From Octopus sinensis (Eukaryota): a stretch of 64,000 bases of DNA. Below are positions 37,625 to 51,145 of the stretch, one piece after another (position 1 is the stretch's first letter; the number at the start of each line of letters is the position of its first letter). The notes below the pieces were generated by a model. It saw only the letters and a program-made list of their open reading frames with translations. It made no database searches and was not told the origin of the DNA. A program made the position numbers and the translations under genes. The stretch spans positions 26,288,001 through 26,352,000 of the forward strand of contig NC_043002.1 in NCBI RefSeq assembly GCF_006345805.1. Direction: 5' to 3'.

Positions 37625-38017
37625 ATTTTACTTGTTTCAGACATCAGACTATGGCCAAGGTATGACATGGCCTTAAAGAATTTTAGCCGAAGGAATCGAT
37701 CCCAGCACTTGTTTTGTTTCAAGTACTGGTACTTATTCTATCGGTCTCTTACGGGGGTATAATCGCAGCAACACCGGCTGTTATGTACAGACGCAAACGC
37801 AAACATACACAGACACACACTTTGATTTGTATGTATATATATATATATGCAAAATACACATACTACGGGCTTCTTTGAGTTCCCGTCAGCCAAATCCACT
37901 TTGAACAGCCCGAGGCTTTAGTAGAAAACATTCAGCCAAGATACCACGCAGTGGGACTGAACACGGCACCATGTGGTTGGGAGGCAAACTTCTTATCACA
38001 CAGATATGCCTGCGCCA
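37625..38017 (-). mobile_element. SINE family A, diverged
   Basis: Tail, internal microsatellite and head all recognisable. Confidence 0.8.
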
Positions 38018-38213
38018 CCTGTATATGTTATTTAAGAATAATAACTGAGTATTTACAAAGCGACGTACTCAACAGAGATTGTACAGACATATTTGCTATA
38101 AACTTCCTGTTGGCCGCAATTTTGCACCCTGTATACAACATTGTAAAGACTGTTACAAAGAAATTGGAGTCTGAGTTAACAAGAATTTTTTAATCTATCT
38201 ATCTGTCTCTCTG

Positions 38214-38288
<75 letters not shown>

Positions 38289-38352
38289 GTGTGTCTCACA
38301 TGTTTTTCTATCTGTCAGTCTATTTACCCATCTTTCTCTCTCTTTTTGTGTT

Positions 38353-38383
<31 letters not shown>

Positions 38384-38523
38384 TATATATATAACACCTT
38401 AGAGAAGAAGAAGAAACGAAACGAAACCAAACGAATCGAATCGAATCGACGCGAAGGCGCTCAGTCATACAATAGTGTAATAAATAAAATATATGCATAC
38501 ATACAAACATATATGTACGTACC

Positions 38524-38589
<66 letters not shown>

Positions 38590-39095
38590 ACTTCCTATTA
38601 AATTCATGTGGTCGACGTTATCAGCAAAATATCTAATAGTTGTGCCCTGGCATGATTGTGTTTGAAGCATGGAAACCAGAAGTGGAACACAAAGAAAGCT
38701 AAAAGTACCGAAGTCTTTACAATTGTCAGAAGTTCAATTAATTAAAATATTTATATCAACCACAACGCATAGCAAATTACAATGGAATTTTCCAATACTT
38801 CTTAACGCTTAATCGATTGATTAATTATTTCAGCATGATCGATCAAAAAAAAAATTAAATTAAAATTAAGATATTATTGCTTTTCTTATCCATTCTCGGT
38901 GCGGTGTTAAAGAATATTTTGTCAGATAAGTCATCTGATCGGAAAATTTATGTAGTTATTTCTTTCTTATTTACCGTCTCTACCGCTTTCTATGCTTCAT
39001 TGCTCCCCGTGTGTCTGTCTATTTCTCTCTTCCTCTCTGCCTATTATCTGCATGTGTATGTGCGTGTGTATATGTATATATATATATATAATATA

Positions 39096-39137
<42 letters not shown>

Positions 39138-39205
39138 ATATATATATATATATAATATATATACATATATATATATATACTTATATATATACATATATAT
39201 ATATA

Positions 39206-39421
39206 TTATTCTTTTATTTGTTTCAGTGATTTGAGTGCACCCATGCTGGAGCACCGCCTTTAGTCGAGCAAATCGACTCCAGAACTTTTTATTAGTAAGC
39301 CTTATTCTATCGGTGACTTTTGCCGAACCGCTGGTTTACGGGGACGTAAACACACCAGCATCGGTTGTCAAGCGATGTTGGGAGACAAAAACAGACCCAC
39401 ACAAACACACACAAACACACA

Positions 39422-39476
<55 letters not shown>

Positions 39477-39608
39477 TCGACGGACTTCTTTCAGTTTCCG
39501 TCTGGTAAATCCACTTACAAGGCTTTGGTCGGTACCACGCAGTGCGACTGAACCTGGAACCATGTGGTTAGGAGGTAAGCTTCTTATCACACAGCTACAC
39601 CTGCACCC
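39206..39608 (-). mobile_element. SINE family A
   Basis: As above, with an internal (CA)n. Confidence 0.9.
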
Positions 39609-39689
39609 ATTTATATATATATATATGTGTGTGTGTGTGTATAATCTTTTTTCTCGCTCCTTTGCGCCACATGGGCTCAACTACCTCCC

Positions 39690-40140
39690 CTTGGCTCTCT
39701 CTACCTCCCTCCTACTTCCTCCCATCCACCTCTCCTGTATTGCTCCTACTTCTCTTCACTCCTAGTACTCTTCACCCCTACTCTCTTTCTCTCTTCTCTC
39801 ATACCTACCTTCCCTTCCCCCTTCATCGTCAACCTTCTCCCATAAGCCCACCCCAACTCTACACATTCCTACCCCACCTTTCCTATCATTCCCATCACAT
39901 CGCTTACACCCTCTCCCACATACCCCACCTCTACCCCCATCCTCTGCTAGCCCACAGCCTAACCCACACCCACCTGTATTTTACCCACACCATCACACCA
40001 CACCACACTACACCATACCACACAATACATCACATCACAACACACCACCACGCATACACCAGCACTGACCAATTCCTATCCCCACATTTTCATACCTACA
40101 CATACACACACCCACACGTCAGGATCACCAGCCCTCTTTC
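39690..40140. repeat. C/T- then C/A-rich low-complexity tract, almost G-free on the + strand
   Basis: Visible composition skew. Four C-runs at 39909-39938 give a G-quadruplex pattern on the minus strand. Confidence 0.75.
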
Positions 40141-40254
40141 ACACGCACATACGTACTCTCTTACACACATGCGCTCTTTCGTTTTGAGATCACTACTTCT
40201 TTGATACTTCCCCTACTTCTTAGCTCTCCTATGTGACCCTTCTGTCCAGCATTC

Positions 40255-40441
40255 ACCGTGAAAAATCGGTAGCCACTACACACATTTTATTCTCTCCTTG
40301 TTTCTTTCTGTATTCCTTTCTGTGGAAAAGCGTAGGCTCGAAACGTTAAATACTTTTTCAATTCCCGAGCGTTAAACTAATACATCTGTTTATTTTCTAC
40401 ACCACCTGTCTTCGTCTTTTGTTTTTTTTTTCATGAATTCT

Positions 40442-40444
<3 letters not shown>
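40255..40444 (+). mobile_element. HHR-like non-coding repeat family H, copy 2
   Basis: Motif TTT-CTGTGGA-A-AAGC(gtag)GCTC-GAAA-CG-TT-AAA at 40317-40350. Ends TGAATTCTCCC|(TA)n. Confidence 0.85.
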
Positions 40445-40486
<42 letters not shown>

Positions 40487-41215
40487 CATATGTGTGTGTG
40501 TGTATATATATCATATGTGTACATATAAAATTATATATACACACCTACATATATATATATAATGTGTACTGAGTATGTATACACTCTATATAATGTCTAT
40601 ATGTATCCGAGAGTGAGTTCCTGAGTGCAATTTACTTTAAAGTGGCTATTTTGATTTTATTGCTTTTACGCTATTACTTTTATTTTTTTGGCATAATTCT
40701 CTTGTAGTTTCTTGAATACACCACCGTCGCAAAATTAATTCTCAATATTTCACTTCTTCCTCTTCGTTCATAAAAGTTCACTTCTTATCTTAAAAATTAT
40801 CCGATTATATCCTATGCTATGCTGTTATCTCGCTACAATAGAGACAGCCTGATTGTCGTAGACAATACAATATTAACGACTTTCTTGTTTAAGTAAAATT
40901 AATTAATTAATCAATAAATCGATTAAACGTTCAAGAATAGGAGATATTTCAATGTAACTTGTAATAATTTTGTGTTAAATGGTTGATCGTAATGTTTCAA
41001 ATAAATAGAAATCTAGCCAATTATAATGATTTAGCACTTTTAATGATACGTGTTTTGATTTCGGTCTTGCTATATGGTATTGTCGTATTTTAATTTCTTG
41101 TATCAGAGTTTGAATAATGTAATACTGGGGCACAACACTCTTCAATTTTTAAGCCATTATATCGACCACAGAATTTTACCTGACAGGTTGCCAGTTCCAT
41201 ATGCACTTGTATATA

Positions 41216-42081
41216 CGGGGTCATCGAAAAAGGTTTCCGAGAGTTGAAAATGGAATAACTAAATCTGTATTAAATGTATGCTATTTATTTATACACCAAA
41301 ATACACAGGAAATCTTAAACTTTTTTTACATTACTTAGTAGGTTTCGATATGAGCTTCTTTTGTTGCACGGCAAACAACTAAGCGATAGTTGAACTCCCT
41401 CCAGTTGCGCTGAATCATATCAGGACCCACAGTCGCTATCGCCACGAGGATTCTCTCTCTTAAATGTTGCAGATCCGGGATTTTATTTCTCATAGACAAT
41501 GTTCTTAAGATAACCTCAAAAGAAAACGTCCATAGAAGTTTATCACGGCTCCTAGATGATCACAAAGCAGGACAATTCCTTCCAATCCAACGGCCAAGGA
41601 ATCTGTTATTGAGAGCTTGTCGCACATTGTGGCTGTAGTGAGCCGACGCTCCGTCCTGCTGCAAAATCACACTTACTCCTTTTTCTCTTTCAATATCTGC
41701 AATTTGAGGGAATGCATAAATGTTCAATTCACTAGCGCCCTAATTGTGTTTTCTGCAAACATGAAAGGGCCGGCAACACGATCATGCAGGAGTCCACACC
41801 ACATATTAACCTTGGGCGAATCCCGGATGTACTGGAAAACTTCATTGGGTGGCTGAGCTCCCCATATCCGGCTGTTATGACGGTAAACACAACCATTTAT
41901 GTGGAATGTTGCTTCACCACTAAATAAAATTCTGTTAATATAACAATCATTGTCATCCATTGCCATCAGTATCGTTAAAGCAAATTCATATACAGACCTA
42001 CTTTGATTTCATACAGATCGCTTATTTGTAGCCAGTGGAATTGACAAATAAAATCACGGAAACCTTTTTCGATGACCCCTG
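41216..42081 (-). mobile_element. maT/DD37D-like Tc1/mariner transposon, internally deleted, both TIRs present
   Basis: TIRs C(A)GGGGTCATCGAAAAAGGTTTCCG at 41216-41239 and 42057-42081, with TA on the left. ILFSGEATFHINGCVYRHNSRIWG...SPKVNMWCG...QQDGASAHY. Confidence 0.9.
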
Positions 42082-42413
42082 TTGCTATGTCCTGCTATTA
42101 TTTTTATTGTATTTATTATTGTATTTATTTGCGTAATTTTGTCCGTTTTTTTGCGTCCTTGTTTTTGTATACATTCGCTGCTTTCTTCCAAGAAATCTAA
42201 TGCTCTAAGATTCGTTTTTCCTTTGGGCTGGCCAGATTGGAGCAATCTAAAGAATAATCAGCCGAAATTGCGACGATAATCTGGTGTTTGACTGAGGATA
42301 GAGGGCTTCGAATGACACGTCCTTGTTGTTTTGTGTCGTCTATCTGGGTGTATTGTTGTTCCTTTTTTGTATCACCTAGCTGTCCGGATGTTTTGCGTTA
42401 TTGTCCCATTTTG

Positions 42414-42455
<42 letters not shown>

Positions 42456-42670
42456 TATATATATATATATATATATATAAAATTAGATAGGGGTTGTAAA
42501 TTCAACCCTCCATGGGATAACATTCTATTTCTATTTCTATGTCTTGTTATATTTGTAATATATTATGTATAATATAATTGCTGTTGTGTAATGGTTTAAT
42601 AAAGTATTGATTGGGTATTATCTGATGGTTGATGATTGATTTAGGTATGTTTCTCCATTTTCTCATTTTG

Positions 42671-42706
<36 letters not shown>

Positions 42707-44262
42707 ATGCATACACACACAAGCATATATATACGTACATGTGTATGTGTGCAAATGTGCATGTATGTTTGTGCATCAGTGTGTGCCTGCATATATGTGT
42801 GTGTTTGTGTATATGCTGTTTACTGTCCCGTCATTATTAGGTCCCACGAAAAGGTACTTCATCCAGTGAGATATATAGTTAATATACGCTGAATTGAAAT
42901 ATGAGCTCCTAATATATTCCTGGTGTGGAAATAGTAATTCGGGTGATTTATATATCATGTCTTTTTATTCTAAGAAATTATTCAAGATCGAATTCACAGC
43001 ATACCTGGTTTTATTTGAACATCCGAGTAAGGACGTTGGTATATGAGAAAACATGAGAGAAAAGAGAAAGGTGAATGCAAATTTGGAATGAAAAAGAACT
43101 GGACGAGAAAATAAAAGACATATAAATAAACGAAAGAAAAGAAAACACAGGAGCTGTTTTTCATTTGACAGTCGGAATCATGATTAATATAGCAGGTGTA
43201 GAATAGTTCAACTATGAGGAAACCAAATTCTGAGAGATAGCATGCCTTATCCGGAAAGGGTGGTGTAATCTAGTTCGACAAAAGAAATTTGCTCATGTGC
43301 TTGCAATTGCTAAAAGTTTTAGATCAGGAATTAGATAGTTTGGCAAATTCTTGGATCTGAAAGGAACGTTACATCTTTCGGCTACCCATAACTTGCATCT
43401 CTTTGATCGATTTATATATGGTGTGAATTTCTAGGCTTGAATGTATATCGTGTGCTGACTGTCTTCAGACCCCTAAATTGGCTAGCCATATTTTATGGCT
43501 TAATTCTTGTCCATATGTTGGAAAGAAAACTTGTGGTTTGTGCACCTGTTTCTAAAATTGGAATAAAATTCTGGGCACTGACAAATGCCAGCAATAATTC
43601 AGAGCATCAGGTTAAGGAGCGATGGCAGTAATCACCACTATAGATATTTAAACTCTGTACGTAGAATAAAGTTACTCTCAAAACAGTTCCATTAAGGAAA
43701 ATTTTCCTCTTGTGGTTCAGTCAGTCAGATACAACAATCGTCCGCGAAAGAACGACAATATCAAAGCTTCAATACATAAGATTCTATAGTTTTCAAACCC
43801 AAGGTGTATTGATCTCCTCCGTGATTTTCTGCCTGAAAATAAGACGTATGTCTATACATTGTGGGAATAGATTAAAATTGGGCCACGGCCAAGTTCCTGT
43901 ACATTGGTTTAAATTTTAAGTGATCTTATCCTAGTTTTTCTATCACCTATGTGTTGTCGATAACCGTTTAATTGGTGATATGCCTGCTTGGCTTAAGGTA
44001 CCTCTCGTCACACATACGGCGTAGTATACTGTAAAGATTCCAGATGAGTAGGTTAAACTATCTTTATGTTAACATTTTGTGAATTTTTATACTAAAATCC
44101 GAACCTTCAAATAATTAATAGTTTCAGCATGCATTTTTGAACTGTAGGTTTAAATGCAAAATTGTTTGTAGGTAGTTAAATTTTTGTTCTTTTTAATGAC
44201 TTTTGTAATTCATTTGCTGGCTGATAAGAATTCCTCTCATTCTTAGATCGTATTTTAAAACT

Positions 44263-44620
44263 AACAAGCGTACTTAGAGAGCGCAAACCTCCACCAAGGC
44301 AACCCCAGCGTCCTCTCAACGATTACCCAGGGATGATTATTAAAATGAGAATATCTGCACTCACAAACAAGAATACTAAAAATGAACCTGACCGCTCTCA
44401 AAAATTAAGTAAAACAAACGAGAAAATAATCCAGAGTCCTTGTCCGGTATCGGGTCGTTTCCAAAATCTAATGAATTCGTGCCAGTCACCAGGCCAAACA
44501 TCCCTGAAAGTTTCATTCCAATCCTTCCAGCTGTTCTTCAGGTAGCTTGTCCACGGATAAACAAACAAAGAAACACGACTGAAAACAGCACCTCCGCCTT
44601 CGCTATGGCGTAGGTAATAA
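44263..44620 (+). mobile_element. Helentron-associated (HINE/DINE-1-like) non-autonomous element
   Basis: 5' ACCTCCACC sub-terminal motif (44287), 3' hairpin ACCTCCGCC-TTCGCTAT-GGCGTAGGT (44590-44615), and an internal (AAAC)n-like run. Confidence 0.7.
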
Positions 44621-45332
44621 GTTTCGATGAATAATATTAAATGCTTCAATATTGATAGACTTACATGTTAAAAGGTAAGATGGAGCGCTTGCAGTTTGTA
44701 AATCATAGATATCTGTTGCCTCTGCACACTCTGATTAGTTATTTTAATGAGAGTGCATAACATCTTTCAGTTAAACTACCTTTTTCTTCTGTTGGTCTTT
44801 CTCCGCAGGTTTCGTATTTGATATGAAAGTATATATTATTTCAGTTAGTTTGAACGGAATATTGGTTTTCCCATATTTCGGATGATATGAATTACAAAGA
44901 AAATATTGCCTCGTGTTTGTTGGCTTTTAATATAAATCTATCTCCAGCAGATTCAGAATTTTTTTATAACCCATATTTTTATTAATAAAGTAATGTATCT
45001 TTGCTATACACTATAGTAAATTGGATATTATTCTTAGAACAGTTCACGAGTATCTTTAATTTCGGAAATTCTATCTAAGCCTTTTATTCTCTCTTTAGGT
45101 TAAAAACCATCATATAAATATCTTCTTCAATCTTTTAGTAAATGTAAAAAGTAATTTTCATATTTTGGCCTAGACTATCATATACTTTTATATCATTTCA
45201 GCACATCACAGCTAACTTGGTTCCGCTTGTTGTTCCAAGTGTTAGCCTGTATCTCTCCTGGTCAAAATTAAAGGTATTGGATGTAGAATCAGTTGAAGTT
45301 TTCAATAGTATTTTTCCTATGTAGTTTGGTGA

Positions 45333-45722
45333 TCTTTTACTCTTTTACTTGTTTCAGTCATTTGACTGCGGCCATGCTGGAGCACCGCCTTAAATCGAGC
45401 AACTCGACCCCGAGACTTATTCTTTGTAAGCCCAGTACTTATTCTAAGTACCGAACCGCTAAGTGACGGGGACGTAAACACACCAGCATCGGTTGTCAAG
45501 CAATGCTAGGGGGACAAACACAGACACACAAACGCACACACATACATATATATATATACATATATACGACAGGCTTCTTTCAGTTTCTGTCTACCAAATC
45601 CACTCACAAGGCATTGGTCGGCCCGGGGCTATAGCAGAAGACACTTGCCCAAGATGCCACGCAGTGGGACTGAACCCGGAACCATGTAGTTGGTTAGCAA
45701 GCTACTTACCACACAGCCACTC
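45333..45722 (-). mobile_element. SINE family A, near full length
   Basis: Clear tail, microsatellite and head. Confidence 0.92.
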
Positions 45723-46894
45723 ACCATTACTCTAATTTCATATTGTTAATTCGCGTACTGTTAAGCACATCTAATGAAGCTATTAATGTTTCATCTTACG
45801 CCATACATAAAAGTTTATGAACAGACTTGGATAAGGTATTACTTATGAATCTCTGTATATGTTTCAAACATGGTTTCAGTAATATATCTAATGTTTTAAT
45901 CAATCGATGGGTTTTACAGGAAGTACTTACCGCTACTGGTCTTCATTTTAAAGGAACATTTAAAAACGGGTGTCAGTTATTTACATGCATCTCTTATAAC
46001 ATTACATTCGTAGATTTTTGGTAATCTACATTACTTGTACCTGTTTAGATTACAAAAAAATTATTAGTCGCCTTTCTCATCGATTATGTCTTTACGGTAT
46101 AAATTGATTGGAACAAGTCTTTAAGAACAGATGACGCGATAATGATATTGCAGTCTGTATCCTTTATAATTATAACAATTACTTCATAAGTTTCTGTTCA
46201 ATTCGGAATCAGTTTTCAATGATCTAATATTTTTCTGATTGTGTTGCTAAAATTAGAGCGTATACTACTTTTCCGGTAGAAAACCGAATGTAAAGTAAAT
46301 TAAGTTCTCTATTCCTGTATATTGATGGATCATATTTGCTTTCTTTTACTATAGATTCATCGTCGTCTTTATCAAACAATTTCCTTATGTGTTTTAATTT
46401 TTCGAAAAAATGTTAAAATTATCATTGCGATTCAAATTTGGTTCAGATGCTGTAAATTTATGATTCTTTGTGCGTTTGATTGTTCTTTTAACTATTTTCT
46501 TTTTATTAATATAGATTTGTTAGTTTTCTTTTCTTACATTTTGATTGTTCTATCCGGTAACCATGTTCATTTTGATGAATCTAAAAGTATCTATCAAAGT
46601 TTTAGATTGTTAGATATGATAACTTTGTATATTTGTCGTTGCGAGCACCAAAATTAAGTCGCTTTTGTTAGTATTTCAAAAATATGTTTTTCCTAAAATT
46701 CAATTGTTCTTCTCTCGTTGCAAAAACTGATTAAATATTGATCCTTCTCTCCTGGGCAGTCATTGGTTTTCTTATTCTTTAGGTTTCAAATCTATATCAA
46801 GGTCATGTCGTGTTAATTTCAATATCTGCACGTCTTCCGAACTTTTGACCATCATCTCGTACTGAATTTCTGTGTTTGAGACTTATTAACTCTG

Positions 46895-47070
46895 CACGCA
46901 TAAACGAAGCAGTGTTATTGTAGTCGCTCGTCTTTGTCTGTGTGTTTGCAAAATTACTAGAAAACGGCTGAACGGATTTTCACCACAGTCAACAGAAATA
47001 CTCGTTGGGTGAGTGGCTCAAACTCGTTGAATATTGGTTTGATTATCTTCAAAACTGACAGATGGGAGAA
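46895..47070 (-). mobile_element. HINE-like fragment
   Basis: GTCTGTGTGTTTGCAAAATTACT...GGCTGAACGGATTTTCACCA resembles DINE-1/HINE body motifs. Confidence 0.4.
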
Positions 47071-47919
47071 TCAAAATGTTTTTGTCTTTGTTATATATGC
47101 ATAAGCAATAAGCAGGGGAAATAATTATTGATGTCATTTTGCTGAAATATGAATTCCCCTGAGAATGTATTTATTAAATTAAAGTTTGTTTTACCCTTGT
47201 GTGCGCGCAGGGTATGCATCGCCTCTCCGATGCCTTTTCTTTATTTTTGTCTTTGTGGTTGCTTTACGACTTTGATGGTAACATTATTTTATCTTTCTTC
47301 CTGGGGAGATTCGCCGAAGGATATTCCTTCCGCATTTCCTCTTTGTATCTGCAGAACCGGTTGAAGAGATACGGTTTTCTACAGTCTTCTTTCTATAATT
47401 TATAAATATTTTCAAAAACCATTCTTTGAGAATACTTCTCATCATTTGTCATAAACTATTCTATATTAGTGTTGGTGATAAAAACCCGAATGGTTACGCA
47501 TCCATTCTTCAGGTTTAGATATATTGTCTTTCTTGAAAGCGTGTTTGCTGCTTGTAAAGGTTTTGCTGTCTTGTTTGCTGTCTTGTAAAGGTTTTGAGCT
47601 GGAACATTCTTGGAAGAATTACGTTTGTTGATTCAGCTATTTTTCATAATTGTTAACTTTATTGCTGTTCTTGACCATATTCCAAAAAAGTGTATGAATA
47701 AAAGTTCTTAAACCCCAAACACTCAAGCGCGTCCACGCACACACACACACGTACACTAAGGTACACACACGTACACACAACCACACGTATATGCGCACCC
47801 ATACATATATAAAAAGCGAAAGAGAGAGTGAGAAAGAAAGATATTTGTAAAAGAAAGAATTCCGGAACTTGTGCTTTGTATTCTGATTTCAAATCCCACC
47901 ATGACCTCAACCGCTACAC

Positions 47920-48110
47920 TAGTCAAACGTCGTTTGGTTTAACATTCCCATCTGGAAACATGGCCTAAGAGGAGCCAAGGCCGTTGCAAAGTACTTGAAC
48001 TTTGTTTCACGATATACTTCTAATTCTTTCCCAACAGTTTCGGAAGCCTTATAAAGGGTTATGCACGTTGCCTTCTCTCCTGATTGAAAGATAGAAAATA
48101 GGACAGTTGA
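47920..48110 (-). mobile_element. RTE-like LINE remnant
   Basis: IFQSGEKATC...ETVGK and LLGHVSRW resemble RTE ORF motifs. Confidence 0.4.
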
Positions 48111-49283
48111 CTTCAGTATCTCAAGCATGTGAATATATTGTGCGAAATTCTTTAAGGAAATCCGCCCAGAAAGTTAAATCCCAGAAGATGGAAAGATTAG
48201 TATTTTCATTAAATGGTTCTGTAGTAGTAATGTTAAGTCGCAGGGATTGTAAATTCATACACAGAGAAAAGATAATGATGGATAGTTAGATAGACTGACA
48301 GATAGATTATAAAGATAATTAGACGGATAGAGAGACGGACTGATAGACGGGTTTTTAGATAGAGGAATAATAGCTATAAAGATGGAAATATAGACATATA
48401 GACAGAGAGGGAGAGGGAGAGAGAGAGCGAGAGAGAGAGAGAGAGAGTGGGCGGAGAGTTAGAAAGAACAAAGGAGAAACAATTAACGAAGCAGAAAAGC
48501 TGATTTGATGTCTGTAGAAAAATTATCGTACCAAAATAATGAACAGTACAGAAACTCTAATCAATGAAATGTTAATCTAACCACAGACATTTCCATGGCT
48601 ATTGTTACTTTTGTTGTTGTCACATTTACCTCGAGGTCAACAACAGACACATATGGCCAAATATATGCCAGCCAGGATCAAACTGGCTTTTATGACAGTA
48701 GTTTAATCAGATCACACTGGCTTTTATAACAGTAGTTTATTCAGATGGACGAGTTTAAATAAAGTAACGTGTGGTTTGAAGGAATTTGGTTATTGTTTCG
48801 TTTAGTCTGGATTTTAGAAAATCCGGTGTTTCCTGCGATGTATTTGGTTCAAAGGTTAGTTGTTTTTAAATATCGTGTGGCTTTAGTTAAATTTCTATAT
48901 GAATGATCCTTTAGATATTAAGAGCTTCGCAGTTTATATAATTTATAGAATAATACTGATATAGATGTTCCTACTAATTATTATTTGGCTGGTTTAACCG
49001 ATAAGGATATGTATATGTGTGTGTGTGTGTTGGCATTTATATATATTTCTTTATTGTTCCATCTAGGGAATATGATATAATCGAATATAATATAATCTAA
49101 TAGAATGAGAAAAAGCAAGTTCTATGGTTTGTGTAACTAACCATTTCATACAACAGTCGCAAGTATAAAACCAATATAATACACACGGACGTTTATATGT
49201 TGGTATGTGTGCGCGAATACGCACCCCACTACACACACACATATATATATATACAAGCATACACACACACATATATATATACA

Positions 49284-49327
<44 letters not shown>

Positions 49328-49328
49328 C

Positions 49329-49391
<63 letters not shown>

Positions 49392-49416
49392 AATATATAT
49401 ATATGTGTGTGTGTGT

Positions 49417-50668
49417 GTCATATACCTTGACTTCAGTAAAGCGTTCGACAGGGTAGACCATAACATCCTACTCTCAAAATTGGCAAATGTTGGAATCCGT
49501 GGAAAAGTTCTACACTGGATTCAGTATTTCCTAGCGAATAGAACACAACATGTTGTAGTTGATGGAGTCCACTCAAACCCAGCAAAAGTCACCAGCGGTG
49601 TTCCCCAGGGAACTGTTTTGGGTCCGCTACTCTTCATAATTTATGTAAACGACCTTTCCAGTGTCGTACATCACTGCAAAGTGAAAATATTCGCTGATGA
49701 CACTAAGCTCCAGCAAATCGTCAATGAAGAAGCAGACCGAACTCAACTCCAGTCTGACCTATATGCTGTGAGTCAATGGGCAGACAGAAACAAAATGCAA
49801 CTGAATGAGGGAAAATTGAGCTGATGCATTTTGGAAGAAATTCCTCACTAAAACAACCATACTCTCTTCCTTCAGGGGAACCGCTGACAGCCTCTAACAA
49901 TATCAGAGACCTGGGTGTAATTGTTGATGACGATCTCAGTTGGAGTGCACACATCAACAAGAAGGTCGATACAGCTCGTAGGATGAGTTCCTGGATCTTA
50001 AGAACTTTCCGGTCCAGAGAACAAGGTGTCATCATACCACTTTTTTCATCCTTTGTACGGCCACACCTTGAATACTGCTGCCCACTGTGGTCTCCTCACA
50101 CAAGACAAAACATCTCCAGAATTGAGTCACCCCAGAGGGCTCTCACTAAACAAATTGAAGGCATGGCTGCTTTCGACTATTGGGATCGCCTTAAAGCCTT
50201 GAAACTTTACTCCCTCCAGCGTCGCCGTGAGCGGTACATCATTTGTACGATGTGGAAAATATACCGCCAACTTTGTCCAAACGACCTAAACATTAGCTTC
50301 AAGGTTCATCCGAGACTTGGACCACGGGCTATACGTCCCCTGCCAAATTCAAGATCACAACATACATGTACACTGCAACATAATTTCTTTTCCTCAACAG
50401 GCCCTGCCCTATTTAACATTGTCCCGAGGGAGATCAAAGAGGAAAAGGATCCCATCAACTTCAAACAGAGTCTGGATAGATTCCTTCAAAGAATACCAGA
50501 TAAGCCACCCATAATTGGATACAACTCACCAACAAGAACTCACTACTTGAACAAAACTTGACTTAAACAGGATTCGAATAATCCTATCAGGTGGTGCTAT
50601 TAAGTTAGACATGGCCTGGACCAATCTCTGGTCGAAACATATCTAAGTTTTATCTAAGTTTTAAGTTT
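49417..50668 (+). mobile_element. Young CR1/L2-group LINE, 5'-truncated (RT core to 3' end)
   Basis: [15 protein letters not shown]...GVPQGTVLGPLLFIIYVND...IFADDTK...RDLGV...RPHLEYCCPLWSP. 3' tail (TCTAAGTTTTA)-like repeats, flanked by (TA)(TG)n and (TA)n. Confidence 0.95.
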
Positions 50669-50699
50669 ATATATATATATATTATATATATATATATAT

Positions 50700-50875
50700 G
50701 GGAATAAAAATAAACCTTATTTACATTATTTACATTTGACGGATATTTGTCCTCATCTTGTTTGTTGCTAAACCAACGTTTCGGCTGATATACCCTCTAG
50801 CCTTCATAAGGTTTCTTGGGAAAATTTCGAACCTGGGTTCTCACTCCTAAGGTATTTCTCGATGTTATTATTATT

Positions 50876-50917
<42 letters not shown>

Positions 50918-51145
50918 CTTCTTCTTCTTCTCTTCTTCTTCTTCTTCTTCTCTTCTTCTTCTTCTTCTTCTTCTTCTTCTTCTTCTTTCTTCTTCTTCTT
51001 CTTATTATTATTTATTATTATTATTATTATTATTATATTATTATTATTATTATTATATTATTATTATTATTCAGGTCACTGCCTGGAATCGAACTCGGAA
51101 TCTAGGGGTTAGTAGCCCGGGCTCTTAACCTCCATGCCATATGCC
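50700..51145 (-). mobile_element. tRNA-headed SINE with internal trinucleotide microsatellite and HHR-bearing 3' tail
   Basis: Minus: GGCATATGGCATGGAGGTTAAGAG...GAGTTCGATTCC head, (AAT)(AAG)(AAC)n block, HHR motif, and an end at (TA)n. Confidence 0.75.
50771..50814 (-). ncRNA. Minimal type I hammerhead motif, degenerate (G5 to U)
   Basis: AAAC-CTTATGA-A-GGCT(agagggtatatc)AGCC-GAAA-CG-TT-GGTT, with palindromic ACGT stem III. Confidence 0.65.

Larger units (their letters stand above)
42960..47640 (-). mobile_element. Old, heavily decayed CR1/L2-group LINE with nested insertions
   Basis: Minus-strand remnants in the expected order: Cys/His ORF1-like (EDCRKPYLFNRFCRY, ~47350), APE-like (KTLDILL, ~45870), RT-like GPIL (~43880), SFADDCCI (~43740), FKYL. 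Confidence 0.45.

Noticed and set aside
42288-42325. CTGAGGA...TTCGAATG as a hammerhead
   Set aside because: GAAA is GAAT, stem II is marginal and there is no stem I. It may be a decayed relative but is not supportable from one copy.
44495-44545. Minus-strand CTGAAGA...GAAACTTTC as a hammerhead
   Set aside because: It lies inside the HINE body with no stem II pairing; likely coincidence.
47480-47515. AAAC-CTGAAGA-ATGG/CCAT...GTTT as a hammerhead
   Set aside because: GAAA and stem III are absent, and it sits in a probable decayed ORF1 region.
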